A stretch of 61,616 nucleotides of DNA from Bacilli bacterium (lineage in GTDB: Bacteria > Bacillota_I > Bacilli_A > RF39 > UBA660), in NCBI GenBank assembly GCA_016283075.1, contig JAEEMF010000069.1, positions 1 through 61,616 on the forward strand, written 5' to 3'. This document shows, one piece after another, positions 35,298-44,712 of this stretch. The notes beneath the pieces are model-generated. The model worked only from the letters and a program-made list of their open reading frames with translations. It was not told the origin of the DNA and ran no database searches. Position 1 is the stretch's first letter; each line of letters begins with the position of its first letter. The translations under genes and the position numbers were made by a program.

Positions 35298-37382
35298 GTG
35301 GATTTAAGTATGCTTAATGAAAACCAATTAGAAGCAGTAAAAACAACAGAAGGACCTCTTTTAGTTTTAGCAGGAGCAGGTTCTGGTAAAACTAAAGTAC
35401 TTACTACTAGAGTAGCGTACCTTATAGAAGAACTAGGAATAGATCCTAAATCTATTCTAGCTATTACATTTACAAATAAAGCTGCTAAAGAAATGAAGGA
35501 TAGAGTTATAAAAATGCTAGGAGATGTAGGATATAAAATACAAATATCTACATTTCACTCATTTGGACTTACTATTATAAAAGAGAATTATAAGTTACTT
35601 GGATATGAAAAGAACTTTACTATACTTGATAGTGAAGACTCTTTAACACTTATTAAAAAGATACTTAAAGATATGGATAAAGATCCTAAAATCTTTAATC
35701 CTAAAATGATAAGAAATAAAATAAGTGGATATAAAAATGACTTAATGGAGCCAGATGACTTAGTTAAGTTTTCAACAAGTGAATTAGATGATTTAATAAT
35801 AAGTGTTTATCGTAAATATAAAGATAAATTAGCTATTAATAATTCAGTAGATTTCGATGATTTATTAATACTACCAATTATTTTATTTAAACAAAATCCA
35901 AATGTTTTAAAATATTATCAAGATACTTTTAAATATGTACTTATTGATGAGTATCAGGATACTAATGAAGCTCAGTATACTTTAACTAAAATGATTAGTG
36001 CTAAGTATAAAAATATATGTGTAGTAGGAGATAATGATCAGTCTATATATTCTTTTAGAGGTTCTAATTATAAAAATATATTAAACTTTGAAAAAGATTA
36101 TAAGAATGCTAAAGTAATAATGCTTGAAAGAAATTATAGATCTACTAAACAAATACTTGATGTAGCAAACTGTATTATTAAAAATAATACACTTAGAAAA
36201 GATAAAAACTTATGGACTAAAGAAGAAAGTGGTTCTAAAGTAAGATATCATAGAGCATCTAACGAAAAAGATGAAGCATCTTTTGTAACAAGTGAAATTA
36301 AAACTCTTATGAAAGATAATCCATTATCTGAAATAGCTGTACTATATAGAACTAATGCTCAGTCTAGAAATATGGAAGAAGCACTTCTTAAAGAAAACAT
36401 TCCTTATAAAGTAATAGGAAGTATGTATTTCTATAAAAGAAAAGAAATTAAAGATTTACTTTCATATTTAAATGTAATTTATAATTCAAGTGATGATATA
36501 AGTTTACTTAGAGTTATTAATGTTCCTAAAAGAGGTATAGGAGATAAAACAATAGAAAATCTTACTATTAAAGCAAATAAAAATCATACAAGTTTATATG
36601 ATGCAATTGATAGTGGAAAAGAATTAGAATTTAAAAATATTATAGAAGATATTAAATCTAAACAAGATAATATGTCTTTAACAGAACTCGTTGATTATAT
36701 ACTTACAGTTACTGGAATAAGATTTGAATTAGAATCAGATGAATCTATAGATTCGGAAATAAGACTTGAAAACTTAGAAGAATTTAAATCTATTACTAAA
36801 GCCTTTGAAGAAGAAAAAGGAGTAGTATCTCTAGAAGAATTTTTAATGGAAATATCTCTAGTATCAGATGTAGAAGAACATAAAAATAATAATGATGTAG
36901 TAACCTTAATGACTATTCATAGCGCAAAAGGACTAGAATTTGATAATGTATTTATTATAGGACTAGAAGAAGGATTATTCCCACATATGAATAGTATGGA
37001 TGATTTTGATGGTATAGAAGAAGAAAGAAGACTATGTTATGTAGCAGTAACTAGAGCAAGAAAAAGATTATATTTAGTTAATGCTAAAGAAAGAATGATA
37101 TATGGTCAAACATCTTCTAATGTAGTAAGTAGATTTATAAAAGAAATAGATAAAGACTTACTAGATATTGATGAAGTTGAAACACTTTATAAACCTAAAA
37201 AAGTTATTCACAGCAATATTGATACAAATGCTGAATATAATCCAGGTGATAAGGTAATACATGATGTATTTGGAAAAGGAATGATTATTACAGTAGATAA
37301 ATCGGTAGTAACAATAGCATTCCCTGGGCCATATGGAATTAAGACTTTAATGAAAGGTCATAGTAGTATTAAGAAAATATAA
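35298..37382 (+). CDS. pcrA: ATP-dependent DNA helicase PcrA/UvrD
   Basis: AGAGSGKT, DEYQDTN, TIHSAKGLEF and VAVTRARKRL motifs. Confidence 0.92.
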   Translation: MDLSMLNENQLEAVKTTEGPLLVLAGAGSGKTKVLTTRVAYLIEELGIDPKSILAITFTNKAAKEMKDRVIKMLGDVGYKIQISTFHSFGLTIIKENYKLLGYEKNFTILDSEDSLTLIKKILKDMDKDPKIFNPKMIRNKISGYKNDLMEPDDLVKFSTSELDDLIISVYRKYKDKLAINNSVDFDDLLILPIILFKQNPNVLKYYQDTFKYVLIDEYQDTNEAQYTLTKMISAKYKNICVVGDNDQSIYSFRGSNYKNILNFEKDYKNAKVIMLERNYRSTKQILDVANCIIKNNTLRKDKNLWTKEESGSKVRYHRASNEKDEASFVTSEIKTLMKDNPLSEIAVLYRTNAQSRNMEEALLKENIPYKVIGSMYFYKRKEIKDLLSYLNVIYNSSDDISLLRVINVPKRGIGDKTIENLTIKANKNHTSLYDAIDSGKELEFKNIIEDIKSKQDNMSLTELVDYILTVTGIRFELESDESIDSEIRLENLEEFKSITKAFEEEKGVVSLEEFLMEISLVSDVEEHKNNNDVVTLMTIHSAKGLEFDNVFIIGLEEGLFPHMNSMDDFDGIEEERRLCYVAVTRARKRLYLVNAKERMIYGQTSSNVVSRFIKEIDKDLLDIDEVETLYKPKKVIHSNIDTNAEYNPGDKVIHDVFGKGMIITVDKSVVTIAFPGPYGIKTLMKGHSSIKKI

Positions 37383-37404
37383 AAGAAGATGTAAATCTTC
37401 TTTT
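37381..37404 (+). terminator. rho-independent terminator
   Basis: AAAAGAAGAT / ATCTTCTTTT stem. Confidence 0.7.
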
Positions 37405-37446
37405 ATTTATGTTATAATCAAATTAACAAGAAAGGTCGTAAAGTAT

Positions 37447-37614
37447 ATGGTAACAGAAAAACAAACATTTATTGAGTGGCTTGATGAAACAATTGCCGAG
37501 CCATTTAAAAACTGGATAGTGGCAAATTATACTAATCCATTCTTATGGCTTGGATTATTCTTATTAGGACTTGCTATTTTTGGTATTACATATAATGCTT
37601 TACATAAGGATTAA
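37447..37614 (+). CDS. 55-aa small membrane protein (not in ORF track)
   Basis: ATG preceded by GAAAGG. Sequence MVTEKQTFIEWLDETIAEPFKNWIVANYTNPFLWLGLFLLGLAIFGITYNALHKD has one TM helix. The stop lies 1 nt before the galU ATG. Confidence 0.5.
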   Translation: MVTEKQTFIEWLDETIAEPFKNWIVANYTNPFLWLGLFLLGLAIFGITYNALHKD

Positions 37615-37615
37615 T

Positions 37616-38473
37616 ATGAAGAAAGTAAGAAAATTAGTTATACCAGTTGCTGGTATGGGAACACGTTTTTTACCAGTAACAAAAAGTGTACCTAAAGAAA
37701 TGCTCCCAATAGTAGATATTCCTACAATTCAGTTACAACTTGAAGAAGCAAAAAATGCAGGAATAGAAGAAGTATTATTTATAACAAGTGGTACTAAAAA
37801 TAGTATAGTAAGTCATTTTGATATTGATTATGAACTTGAAGATAAGTTAGAAAAATCAGGAAAAACAAAACAACTTGAAATGGTAAGAAAATTACCTAAA
37901 ATGATGAAAGTATATTCTATTAGACAAGGGCAACCTCTAGGTAGTGGTCATGCTGTAGGACTAGCAAAAGAGTGGGTAGGAGACGAACCATTTGCAGTAA
38001 TGTACGGTGATGATCTTATTAAAGGTGGATGTGCTTTAAAAGAATTAATAGAAGTATATGAAAAATATGATGCTAACGTTGTAGGTGTACAAGAAGTACC
38101 ACATGAAATGACATATAAATATGGTATTGTATCTTTAAAAGATAAAGATACTTTAGAAATGTCTGGTTTAGTAGAAAAACCAAAAGTAGAAGATGCACCT
38201 AGTGATTTAGCAGGACTAGGAAGATACATCTTAAAACCAGAAATCTTTAATGAGTTAGAAAACCTTAAAGCAGGTAAAAATGGGGAATACCAACTTACTG
38301 ATGCAATGGGAAATCTAATGAAGAAAGATAAGTTCTATGCTTGTAAATTTAAAGGCACATATTATGATATTGGAAATCAACTAGGATATATCAAAGCTAA
38401 TATTATGTATGCTTTAGATAGAGAAGAATATAAAGATGAATTAATAGAATTTATGAAAGGGATAGAGAAATAA
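37616..38473 (+). CDS. galU: UTP--glucose-1-phosphate uridylyltransferase
   Basis: PVAGMGTRFLPVTKSVPKEMLP signature. The ORF-track start (TTG 37571) lies inside the upstream small ORF. Confidence 0.9.
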   Translation: MKKVRKLVIPVAGMGTRFLPVTKSVPKEMLPIVDIPTIQLQLEEAKNAGIEEVLFITSGTKNSIVSHFDIDYELEDKLEKSGKTKQLEMVRKLPKMMKVYSIRQGQPLGSGHAVGLAKEWVGDEPFAVMYGDDLIKGGCALKELIEVYEKYDANVVGVQEVPHEMTYKYGIVSLKDKDTLEMSGLVEKPKVEDAPSDLAGLGRYILKPEIFNELENLKAGKNGEYQLTDAMGNLMKKDKFYACKFKGTYYDIGNQLGYIKANIMYALDREEYKDELIEFMKGIEK

Positions 38474-38499
38474 CTCTATCTTTTTATAAAAGGTGAAAT

Positions 38500-38763
38500 A
38501 TGAATATAGAAGATGATTTTAGTTTAGAAGAATCTGAAAAAAGATTTTTAAAAAAACAAAGTAATGGAATGCTTCTTTCTGAAAATCATATTAATATTTT
38601 AAATAAATATGATATAGATTATTTAAAATGTTCTAGTATTAATGATTTACTTTATCAAATAGATGAAGTTTTAAATGAAGGCGAATATGATGAAGTTGAT
38701 GACCTAGAATGGGTATCTATTGATTTAGCAGAAAGAAACTATTATCAAAATACAAACAAATAG
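38500..38763 (+). CDS. small acidic hypothetical protein
   Basis: AAGGTGA RBS; no recognisable motif. Confidence 0.55.
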   Translation: MNIEDDFSLEESEKRFLKKQSNGMLLSENHINILNKYDIDYLKCSSINDLLYQIDEVLNEGEYDEVDDLEWVSIDLAERNYYQNTNK

Positions 38764-38798
38764 CGGATTAATAATCCTCTTTTTTGCTTGTACTTTGA

Positions 38799-38827
38799 TT
38801 GACCAAAATTGCAGTTTAAACTATAAT
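38799..38827 (+). promoter_or_regulatory. promoter TTGACC-17-TATAAT of the glycine-rich operon
   Basis: -35 at 38799-38804 and -10 at 38822-38827. Confidence 0.6.
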
Positions 38828-38852
38828 AATGATATAAGGTAGGAGTATGTAC

Positions 38853-39908
38853 ATGAAGAAAATATTAAAGTCTAGATTAGTATGTTATTTTCTTGGAATC
38901 CTTACAATGATAGGTGTAGGAAGTGTTTTTGCATACTCTTATATAGCAGGTGAAATAGGTTTTACACCCACTTCTGGAGACTGGGATGTTGAAAATGTTC
39001 AGGAAGCTCTTGATAACTTCCGTGATATAGCAGGAACATGTATTTTTACATGCCCTTATGCACCTGGTTCTACAGTATATGAATCAGGTACATCTGGAAT
39101 AAGTGTTAAATTTGTACCACTATGTAATGGTACTTATCAGTTTGAAGTATGGGGAGCTTCTGGTGGATATGGTTATTCATCTACTTATAGAGGTGGATAC
39201 GGAGCATATGCTAGAGGTGTTGCAACACTTCAAGCAAATGATCCAATATATATTACTATAGGTGGAGTAGGAAAAAATGGTACTTCTAAAACTGCAGATT
39301 ATGCAGGAGGATATAATGGTGGTGGTAATTCTTATCACTGGGGTAATAATAATACCTATAGTGCATCAGGTGGAGGTGGAGGATATTACTTTACTACAAC
39401 TGAAAATGCAGTTGGTGGTTCTGGAGGAGGAATCTCCGGAGTAAATGGTAATGTAAACCCATCCGCTCAGTATAGACGAGGACTTGGTGGAACACAAACA
39501 GCTGCCGGTAGCTTCGATGGTACTGGTCGTAGAGAAGCTAATGCTGGTGGTTTTGGTTATGGTGGAGACTCGAGTGCAACTGTTTCTGGATCTGGTGGAG
39601 GATCTGGTGGAGGAGCAGGATTCTTTGGTGGTGGAGGTTCTTCCGTAGCCGGAGCCGGAGGAGGTTCTAGTTATATTGCAAGTTCACTTCTTATTCCTAA
39701 CAATAGTAATCAAATAAGAAATGTAATGTACTGCTATCAATGTACTGAAAGTAGTAATTTATATACCTATACTGTATCAACTTATGGTACTACAACTCAT
39801 GAAGGCGAAAGAAATTCAGAATGTTCAAGTGGATATAGTACATCACCACTTAGTGGATGTGCTAAATCAGGTAGTGGATACGCCATTATAAAATATATAG
39901 GAGAATAG
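38853..39908 (+). CDS. secreted glycine-rich repeat protein (family member 2)
   Basis: VFA|YSY signal and N-module. Motifs VWGASGG, GGYGAY, ITIGGVG, GGYNGGG, MYCYQCTES, VSTYGTTTHE and GSGYAIIKYIG. ATG 38853 lies 7 nt after AGGAG. Confidence 0.8.
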   Translation: MKKILKSRLVCYFLGILTMIGVGSVFAYSYIAGEIGFTPTSGDWDVENVQEALDNFRDIAGTCIFTCPYAPGSTVYESGTSGISVKFVPLCNGTYQFEVWGASGGYGYSSTYRGGYGAYARGVATLQANDPIYITIGGVGKNGTSKTADYAGGYNGGGNSYHWGNNNTYSASGGGGGYYFTTTENAVGGSGGGISGVNGNVNPSAQYRRGLGGTQTAAGSFDGTGRREANAGGFGYGGDSSATVSGSGGGSGGGAGFFGGGGSSVAGAGGGSSYIASSLLIPNNSNQIRNVMYCYQCTESSNLYTYTVSTYGTTTHEGERNSECSSGYSTSPLSGCAKSGSGYAIIKYIGE

Positions 39909-39919
39909 AAAGGATACGT

Positions 39920-41070
39920 ATGAAAACACACTTAAAGAATTTATTTTTTATAGTGATTGGATTAATCTTGGGGATATCTCTAAGTGTTTTGCATACTCTT
40001 ATTTAGCAGAACAAATAGGATTTACTCCTTCGGCAGAAGACTGGGATGTAGATAATGTTCAAGATGCTTTAGATAGTTTTAGAGATATAGCAAGCCATTG
40101 TCCTTTTGGTTGTGAATATGTTGTAGGAGAACCTGCAATTGAATTACAATATAGAGGTGTAGAGGATGTCGTTAATATAAAATGTCCTGGAAAATTCAAA
40201 ATAGAAGTATGGGGAGCTTCTGGGAATATTGTAGACGCTACTTATGCACATTCCGGTTATGGAGGTTATTCCGTCGGAATTATGTCTTTTAATGAAGGAG
40301 ATACTTTATATATAAATGTTGGTGGAACCGGCGCTTCTTCAACATATGGTTCTGCATCAGGTGGATATAATGGTGGAGGAAGCGGAAAGGATTATAGAGA
40401 TGGAAGAGGAACCGGAGGTGGCGGAGGTGCTACACATATTGCTAAAGTAACTGGTGAACTTAGATATCTTGAATCATTCAAGGGAGAATTAAATAATGCA
40501 TCTGGAACTTATATATCTGACAAGATAATAATTGTCGCTGGGGGTGGTGGCGGAGTTGGTAATTTTACAGGACTTCATACAGCAAATCTTGTTGCGGGTT
40601 CCGGTGGTGGAAGTGTTGGTGTTACAGGAGTTAGTCCAGGAACTGGTAAAACTTACTATGGAACAGGTGGAACACAATTAGCTGCAGGAACTGCTGAAAG
40701 AACAGATTCAGTATACCAGGGGACAGACGGGAGTTTTGGATTTGGTGGAGATTGCACTGGAGCTGCCGAAGGAAACTGTTCTGGAGGAGGCGGAGGATTT
40801 TTTGGAGGAGGCTCCAATTCAAATTACTCTGGAGCAGCCGGTGGTGGCTCTGGTTATATAGGAAACATTTCTTTAAGTGAAAAAGCGATGTACTGTTATA
40901 ATTGCACTGAAAGTGATACTGCTGATTCATATACTGTTTCAACTTATGGAACAACAACTCATGAAAATGAAAGAAATCCGTTATGTGTAAATGGCTATTC
41001 GTTTGATCCTATTAGTAAATGCGCTAAAGCAGGAAACGGATATGTTAGAATAACTTATTTAGGAAGTTAA
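39920..41070 (+). pseudogene. glycine-rich family member 3, frameshifted in a T-run at 39987-39990
   Basis: The N-terminal 23 codons are nearly identical in DNA to the 41085 gene, which has TTTTT where this copy has TTTT. The frame then stops at 40004-40006. The +1-shifted frame continues open (FAYSYLAEQIGFTP...) into ORF 40282-41070. Confidence 0.75.
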
Positions 41071-41084
41071 TAGAAAGGGTAAGT

Positions 41085-42170
41085 ATGAAAAAACACTTAA
41101 AGAATATATCTTTTATAGTGATTGGATTAATCTTGGGGATATCTCTAAGTGTTTTTGCATATTCAGTATTTGCTGAAGAGGTTGGATATACTCCTGTTGA
41201 TACTGAGTGGAATGTAGAAAATTCTAAAGAAGCAATAGATGATTTACATGGAACATGTGATTATTGCAAGAATCGTTTCTTAGGAATTACGTGGGATTTT
41301 ACTTTTGAAGGAAAAGAAAGACAATTTAATGTTCCTTTAAAAGGAATATATAAATTAGAAGCATGGGGAGCACAAGGTGGAAGCTATGATACTACTATTT
41401 ATGGTGGATATGGTGGATATTCAGTTGGTGAAATACTTCTAAATGAAAATGATACTCTTTATATAAATGTTGGTGGGAAAGGTTCGACTACATATCATAA
41501 TGAAACAATTCTAAACGGTGGTTATAATGGTGGTGGGTCTGCTAAATCAATCGGTGATGCTGATGTATATGTTGGTTCAGGTGGCGGAGCTACACACATA
41601 GCCAAGGCATCAGGTTTACTATCAACTTTAGTGACAAATCAAAGCGATATTTTGATAGTTGCAGGTGGTGGCGGAGGAGCTAACAAGTTTGTCTCGGATT
41701 ATTATGGTCATGGTGGAAATGGAGGAGGAGTCTCTGGTGAAAAGCCTACTTTAACTAATGTATCTGGCTATACTTATCCAATTGGCACAGCTAATGGAGG
41801 AACCCAAAATGCTGGTGGTAGTTACATGACTACTTGTTCTGGAAGTGCCTGTTATAATACACAAGCCGGTAGTTTTGGCCAAGGTGGCAATGCCATTAAT
41901 GTAAGAACATCAGGTGGAGGCGGAGGCTACTATGGAGGCTCTAGTGGAGCAAGATCTGGTGGAGCAGGTGGTTCTGGATATATAGCAGCCCTTAATCAAA
42001 AATCAATTGATATTGATGAAAAACATATGACTTGTTATAAATGTACAACTTCTAATAATGCAATAGATCGAACAAGAACAACTGATAATGTATCAGAAGA
42101 TGCTGAGAGCGATTATGCAAAAATGGGGAATGGTTACGCTAAGATAACTTTAGTAATGGTAAGCCAGTAA
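41085..42170 (+). CDS. secreted glycine-rich repeat protein (family member 4)
   Basis: Signal peptide ending VFA|YSV and an N-module. Motifs AWGAQGG, GGYGGY, YINVGGKG, GGYNGGG, GGGATHI and GNGYAKITL. Confidence 0.8.
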   Translation: MKKHLKNISFIVIGLILGISLSVFAYSVFAEEVGYTPVDTEWNVENSKEAIDDLHGTCDYCKNRFLGITWDFTFEGKERQFNVPLKGIYKLEAWGAQGGSYDTTIYGGYGGYSVGEILLNENDTLYINVGGKGSTTYHNETILNGGYNGGGSAKSIGDADVYVGSGGGATHIAKASGLLSTLVTNQSDILIVAGGGGGANKFVSDYYGHGGNGGGVSGEKPTLTNVSGYTYPIGTANGGTQNAGGSYMTTCSGSACYNTQAGSFGQGGNAINVRTSGGGGGYYGGSSGARSGGAGGSGYIAALNQKSIDIDEKHMTCYKCTTSNNAIDRTRTTDNVSEDAESDYAKMGNGYAKITLVMVSQ

Positions 42171-42226
42171 ACTTTTTATAAAGTAATATACTTATGAAAA
42201 GTAGTTTTAAATATTATATAAAATGA

Positions 42227-42253
42227 AGGAGAAAAAAACTTTTTCTCCTTTTT
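42227..42253 (+). terminator. rho-independent terminator
   Basis: AGGAGAAAA / TTTTCTCCT stem followed by a T-run. Confidence 0.7.
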
Positions 42254-42311
42254 AGTATGGAAAAAAAGTTACTTTTAAGATATACTAATATATAGTAGGA
42301 GGGTAGGCTAT

Positions 42312-44642
42312 ATGAGTATTAGTAAAAAAGAAATTAAAAAGATGGATGCATATTTTAGAGCACTTAATTATTTGTCAGTAGCACAACTATATTTACTAGA
42401 TAATCCACTTCTTAGAAGAAAACTAGAAATATCCGATATTAAACCTAATGTTGTAGGACACTGGGGTACTGCTCCTGGACAAAACTTTATTTATATGCAT
42501 TTAAATAGAATTATAAAAGAATATGATTTAAATATGATATATGTATCTGGACCTGGACATGGTGGACAGGCTATGGTAGCAAATAATTATTTAGAAGGAG
42601 TATATTCTAAGTTTTATCCAGAAATAACTGAGGATGAAGCTGGACTTAGAAAACTATGTAAACAATTTAGTTTTCCTGGTGGAATATCTTCTCACGTTGC
42701 ACCAGAAACTCCTGGTTCTATTCATGAAGGTGGAGAACTAGGTTATAGCTTAGCTCATGCTGCAGGAGCTGCACTTGATAATAAAGATTTAATTGTAGCT
42801 TGTGTAGTAGGTGATGGAGAAGCTGAAACTGGACCACTTGCAACATCTTGGAATATAAATAAATTCTTAAATAAGAAAAAAGATGGAACTGTACTTCCTA
42901 TTCTTCATAGAAATGGATATAAAATAGCGAATCCAACTGTATTTGGAAGAATGAGTGAAACTGAGCTTATTGCATTCTTTAATGGATATGGATGGAAACC
43001 ATATTTTGTTACTGAATCAGATACTATGAAAGCTCATGAAAAAATGGCTAGAGTACTTGATAATGTAGTAAGTGATATCTTTAAAATTAAGAAAACTGGT
43101 AAAGGTATGTATCCAGTGGTAATCTTAACTACTCCTAAAGGATGGACTGGTCCAAAATTTGTAAATGGTAAGAAAATGGAAGGTACTTTTAGAGCACATC
43201 AAGTACCAATTACTATTTCTAAAAATGATATGAGTAATTTAGAAGTAATTGAAAGATGGCTTAGAAGTTATCATCCAGAAGAACTATTTGATGAAAAGGG
43301 TAGACTTAATAAAGAATTAAAAGAATTATGTCCTACTTTATCAAAATGTATGGGATATAATAAAATTGCTAATGGAGGATTACTTCTTAAAGAGTTAAAG
43401 ACTCCTGACTGGGAAGACTACTGTATTAATATAAATAAACCTGGTGAAATTATAGACCAAGATACTATGGAACTAGGTAATTATATAAGAGATTTATTTG
43501 TATTAAATAAAGATAATAAAAACTTTAGAATATTTGGACCTGATGAAGCTTTATCTAATAGATTTAATCATATATTTGAAAAAGAAAGTAGAACTTGGAA
43601 TTATAAAACACTTAAAACAGATGAGTTCTTATCTGAAGATGGTAGAGTAATGGATTCTTATCTATCAGAACACTTATGTGAAGGTATGCTAGAAGGATAC
43701 TTACTAACTGGTAGACACGGATTTATTCATAGTTATGAAGCATTTGTAAGAATAATAGATTCTATGGCAAGTCAACATGCTAAATGGTTAAAGGTATGTA
43801 ATTCAATATCTTGGAGAGCTCCAATAGCATCACTTAACTTCATGCTAGTATCACATGTATTCCAACAAGATCATAATGGATATACACATCAAGATCCTGG
43901 ATTCTTAAATCATTTAGTTACTAAAAAAGCTGATGTAGTAAGAATGTATTTACCTCCAGATACTAACTGTTTACTTTCATGTTTTGATCACTGTATCAAA
44001 TCTAAAAACTATATTAATGTTATAGTAGCAAGTAAACATCCAAGACCACAGTGGCTTACTAAAGAGCAAGCTAGAAAACACTGTGCTAAAGGAGCAGGTG
44101 TTTGGGAATTTGCTAGTAATGATAAAGATGGTGTAGATGTAGTAATGGCGTGCTGCGGAGAAACTCCAACTTTAGAAACTTTAGCAGCCGTAGAACTTTT
44201 AAGAGCAAATATTCCTGGAATTAGAATTAGAGTTGTTAATGTAGTAGACTTAATGAAACTTGAACCAAATTATGTTCATCCACATGGAATGAGTGATGAT
44301 GAATATGATAAGTTATTTACTACTGATAAACCTATTATCTTTAACTTCCATGGATATCCTTCTTTAATACATCAATTAACATATAAACGTACTAACCGTA
44401 ACTTACATGTTCACGGTTATAAAGAAGAAGGAACTATTACTACAACATTTGATATAAGAGTACAAAATGAAATAGATAGATTTAGCTTAGTAAAAGCTGT
44501 TATTAAAGAAATACCTGAATATAAAGAAAAATATTCTAATATAATTAATTGGTGTGATGATATGTTAAGTTATCATAAAGCCTATATCCATGAATATGGA
44601 GAGGACATGCCAATAGTTAAAAACTGGAAATGGCAAGGATAA
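42312..44642 (+). CDS. xfp: xylulose-5-phosphate/fructose-6-phosphate phosphoketolase
   Basis: HWGTAPG, EGGELGYS and GDGEAETGP motifs; ~776 aa. Confidence 0.92.
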   Translation: MSISKKEIKKMDAYFRALNYLSVAQLYLLDNPLLRRKLEISDIKPNVVGHWGTAPGQNFIYMHLNRIIKEYDLNMIYVSGPGHGGQAMVANNYLEGVYSKFYPEITEDEAGLRKLCKQFSFPGGISSHVAPETPGSIHEGGELGYSLAHAAGAALDNKDLIVACVVGDGEAETGPLATSWNINKFLNKKKDGTVLPILHRNGYKIANPTVFGRMSETELIAFFNGYGWKPYFVTESDTMKAHEKMARVLDNVVSDIFKIKKTGKGMYPVVILTTPKGWTGPKFVNGKKMEGTFRAHQVPITISKNDMSNLEVIERWLRSYHPEELFDEKGRLNKELKELCPTLSKCMGYNKIANGGLLLKELKTPDWEDYCININKPGEIIDQDTMELGNYIRDLFVLNKDNKNFRIFGPDEALSNRFNHIFEKESRTWNYKTLKTDEFLSEDGRVMDSYLSEHLCEGMLEGYLLTGRHGFIHSYEAFVRIIDSMASQHAKWLKVCNSISWRAPIASLNFMLVSHVFQQDHNGYTHQDPGFLNHLVTKKADVVRMYLPPDTNCLLSCFDHCIKSKNYINVIVASKHPRPQWLTKEQARKHCAKGAGVWEFASNDKDGVDVVMACCGETPTLETLAAVELLRANIPGIRIRVVNVVDLMKLEPNYVHPHGMSDDEYDKLFTTDKPIIFNFHGYPSLIHQLTYKRTNRNLHVHGYKEEGTITTTFDIRVQNEIDRFSLVKAVIKEIPEYKEKYSNIINWCDDMLSYHKAYIHEYGEDMPIVKNWKWQG

Positions 44643-44669
44643 AACATAGGAAACTATGTTTTATTTTTG
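44641..44669 (+). terminator. rho-independent terminator
   Basis: AAAACATAG / CTATGTTTT stem. Confidence 0.7.
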
Positions 44670-44712
44670 TTTTGTGGTATAATATGGTCTCGTATATGTT
44701 TGAGGTGAAAAT

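Noticed and set aside
37948-38229. Minus-strand ORF inside galU
   Set aside because: It lies antisense to a conserved enzyme gene.
40489-40957. Minus-strand ORFs 40489-40677 and 40631-40957
   Set aside because: They lie antisense to the glycine-rich gene, are repeat-driven open frames, and have no signals.
38799-42170. Glycine-rich operon as a prophage tail-fibre cluster
   Set aside because: There are no capsid, tail, terminase, integrase or lysis genes anywhere in the window. The proteins carry Sec-type signal peptides, which phage fibres lack.
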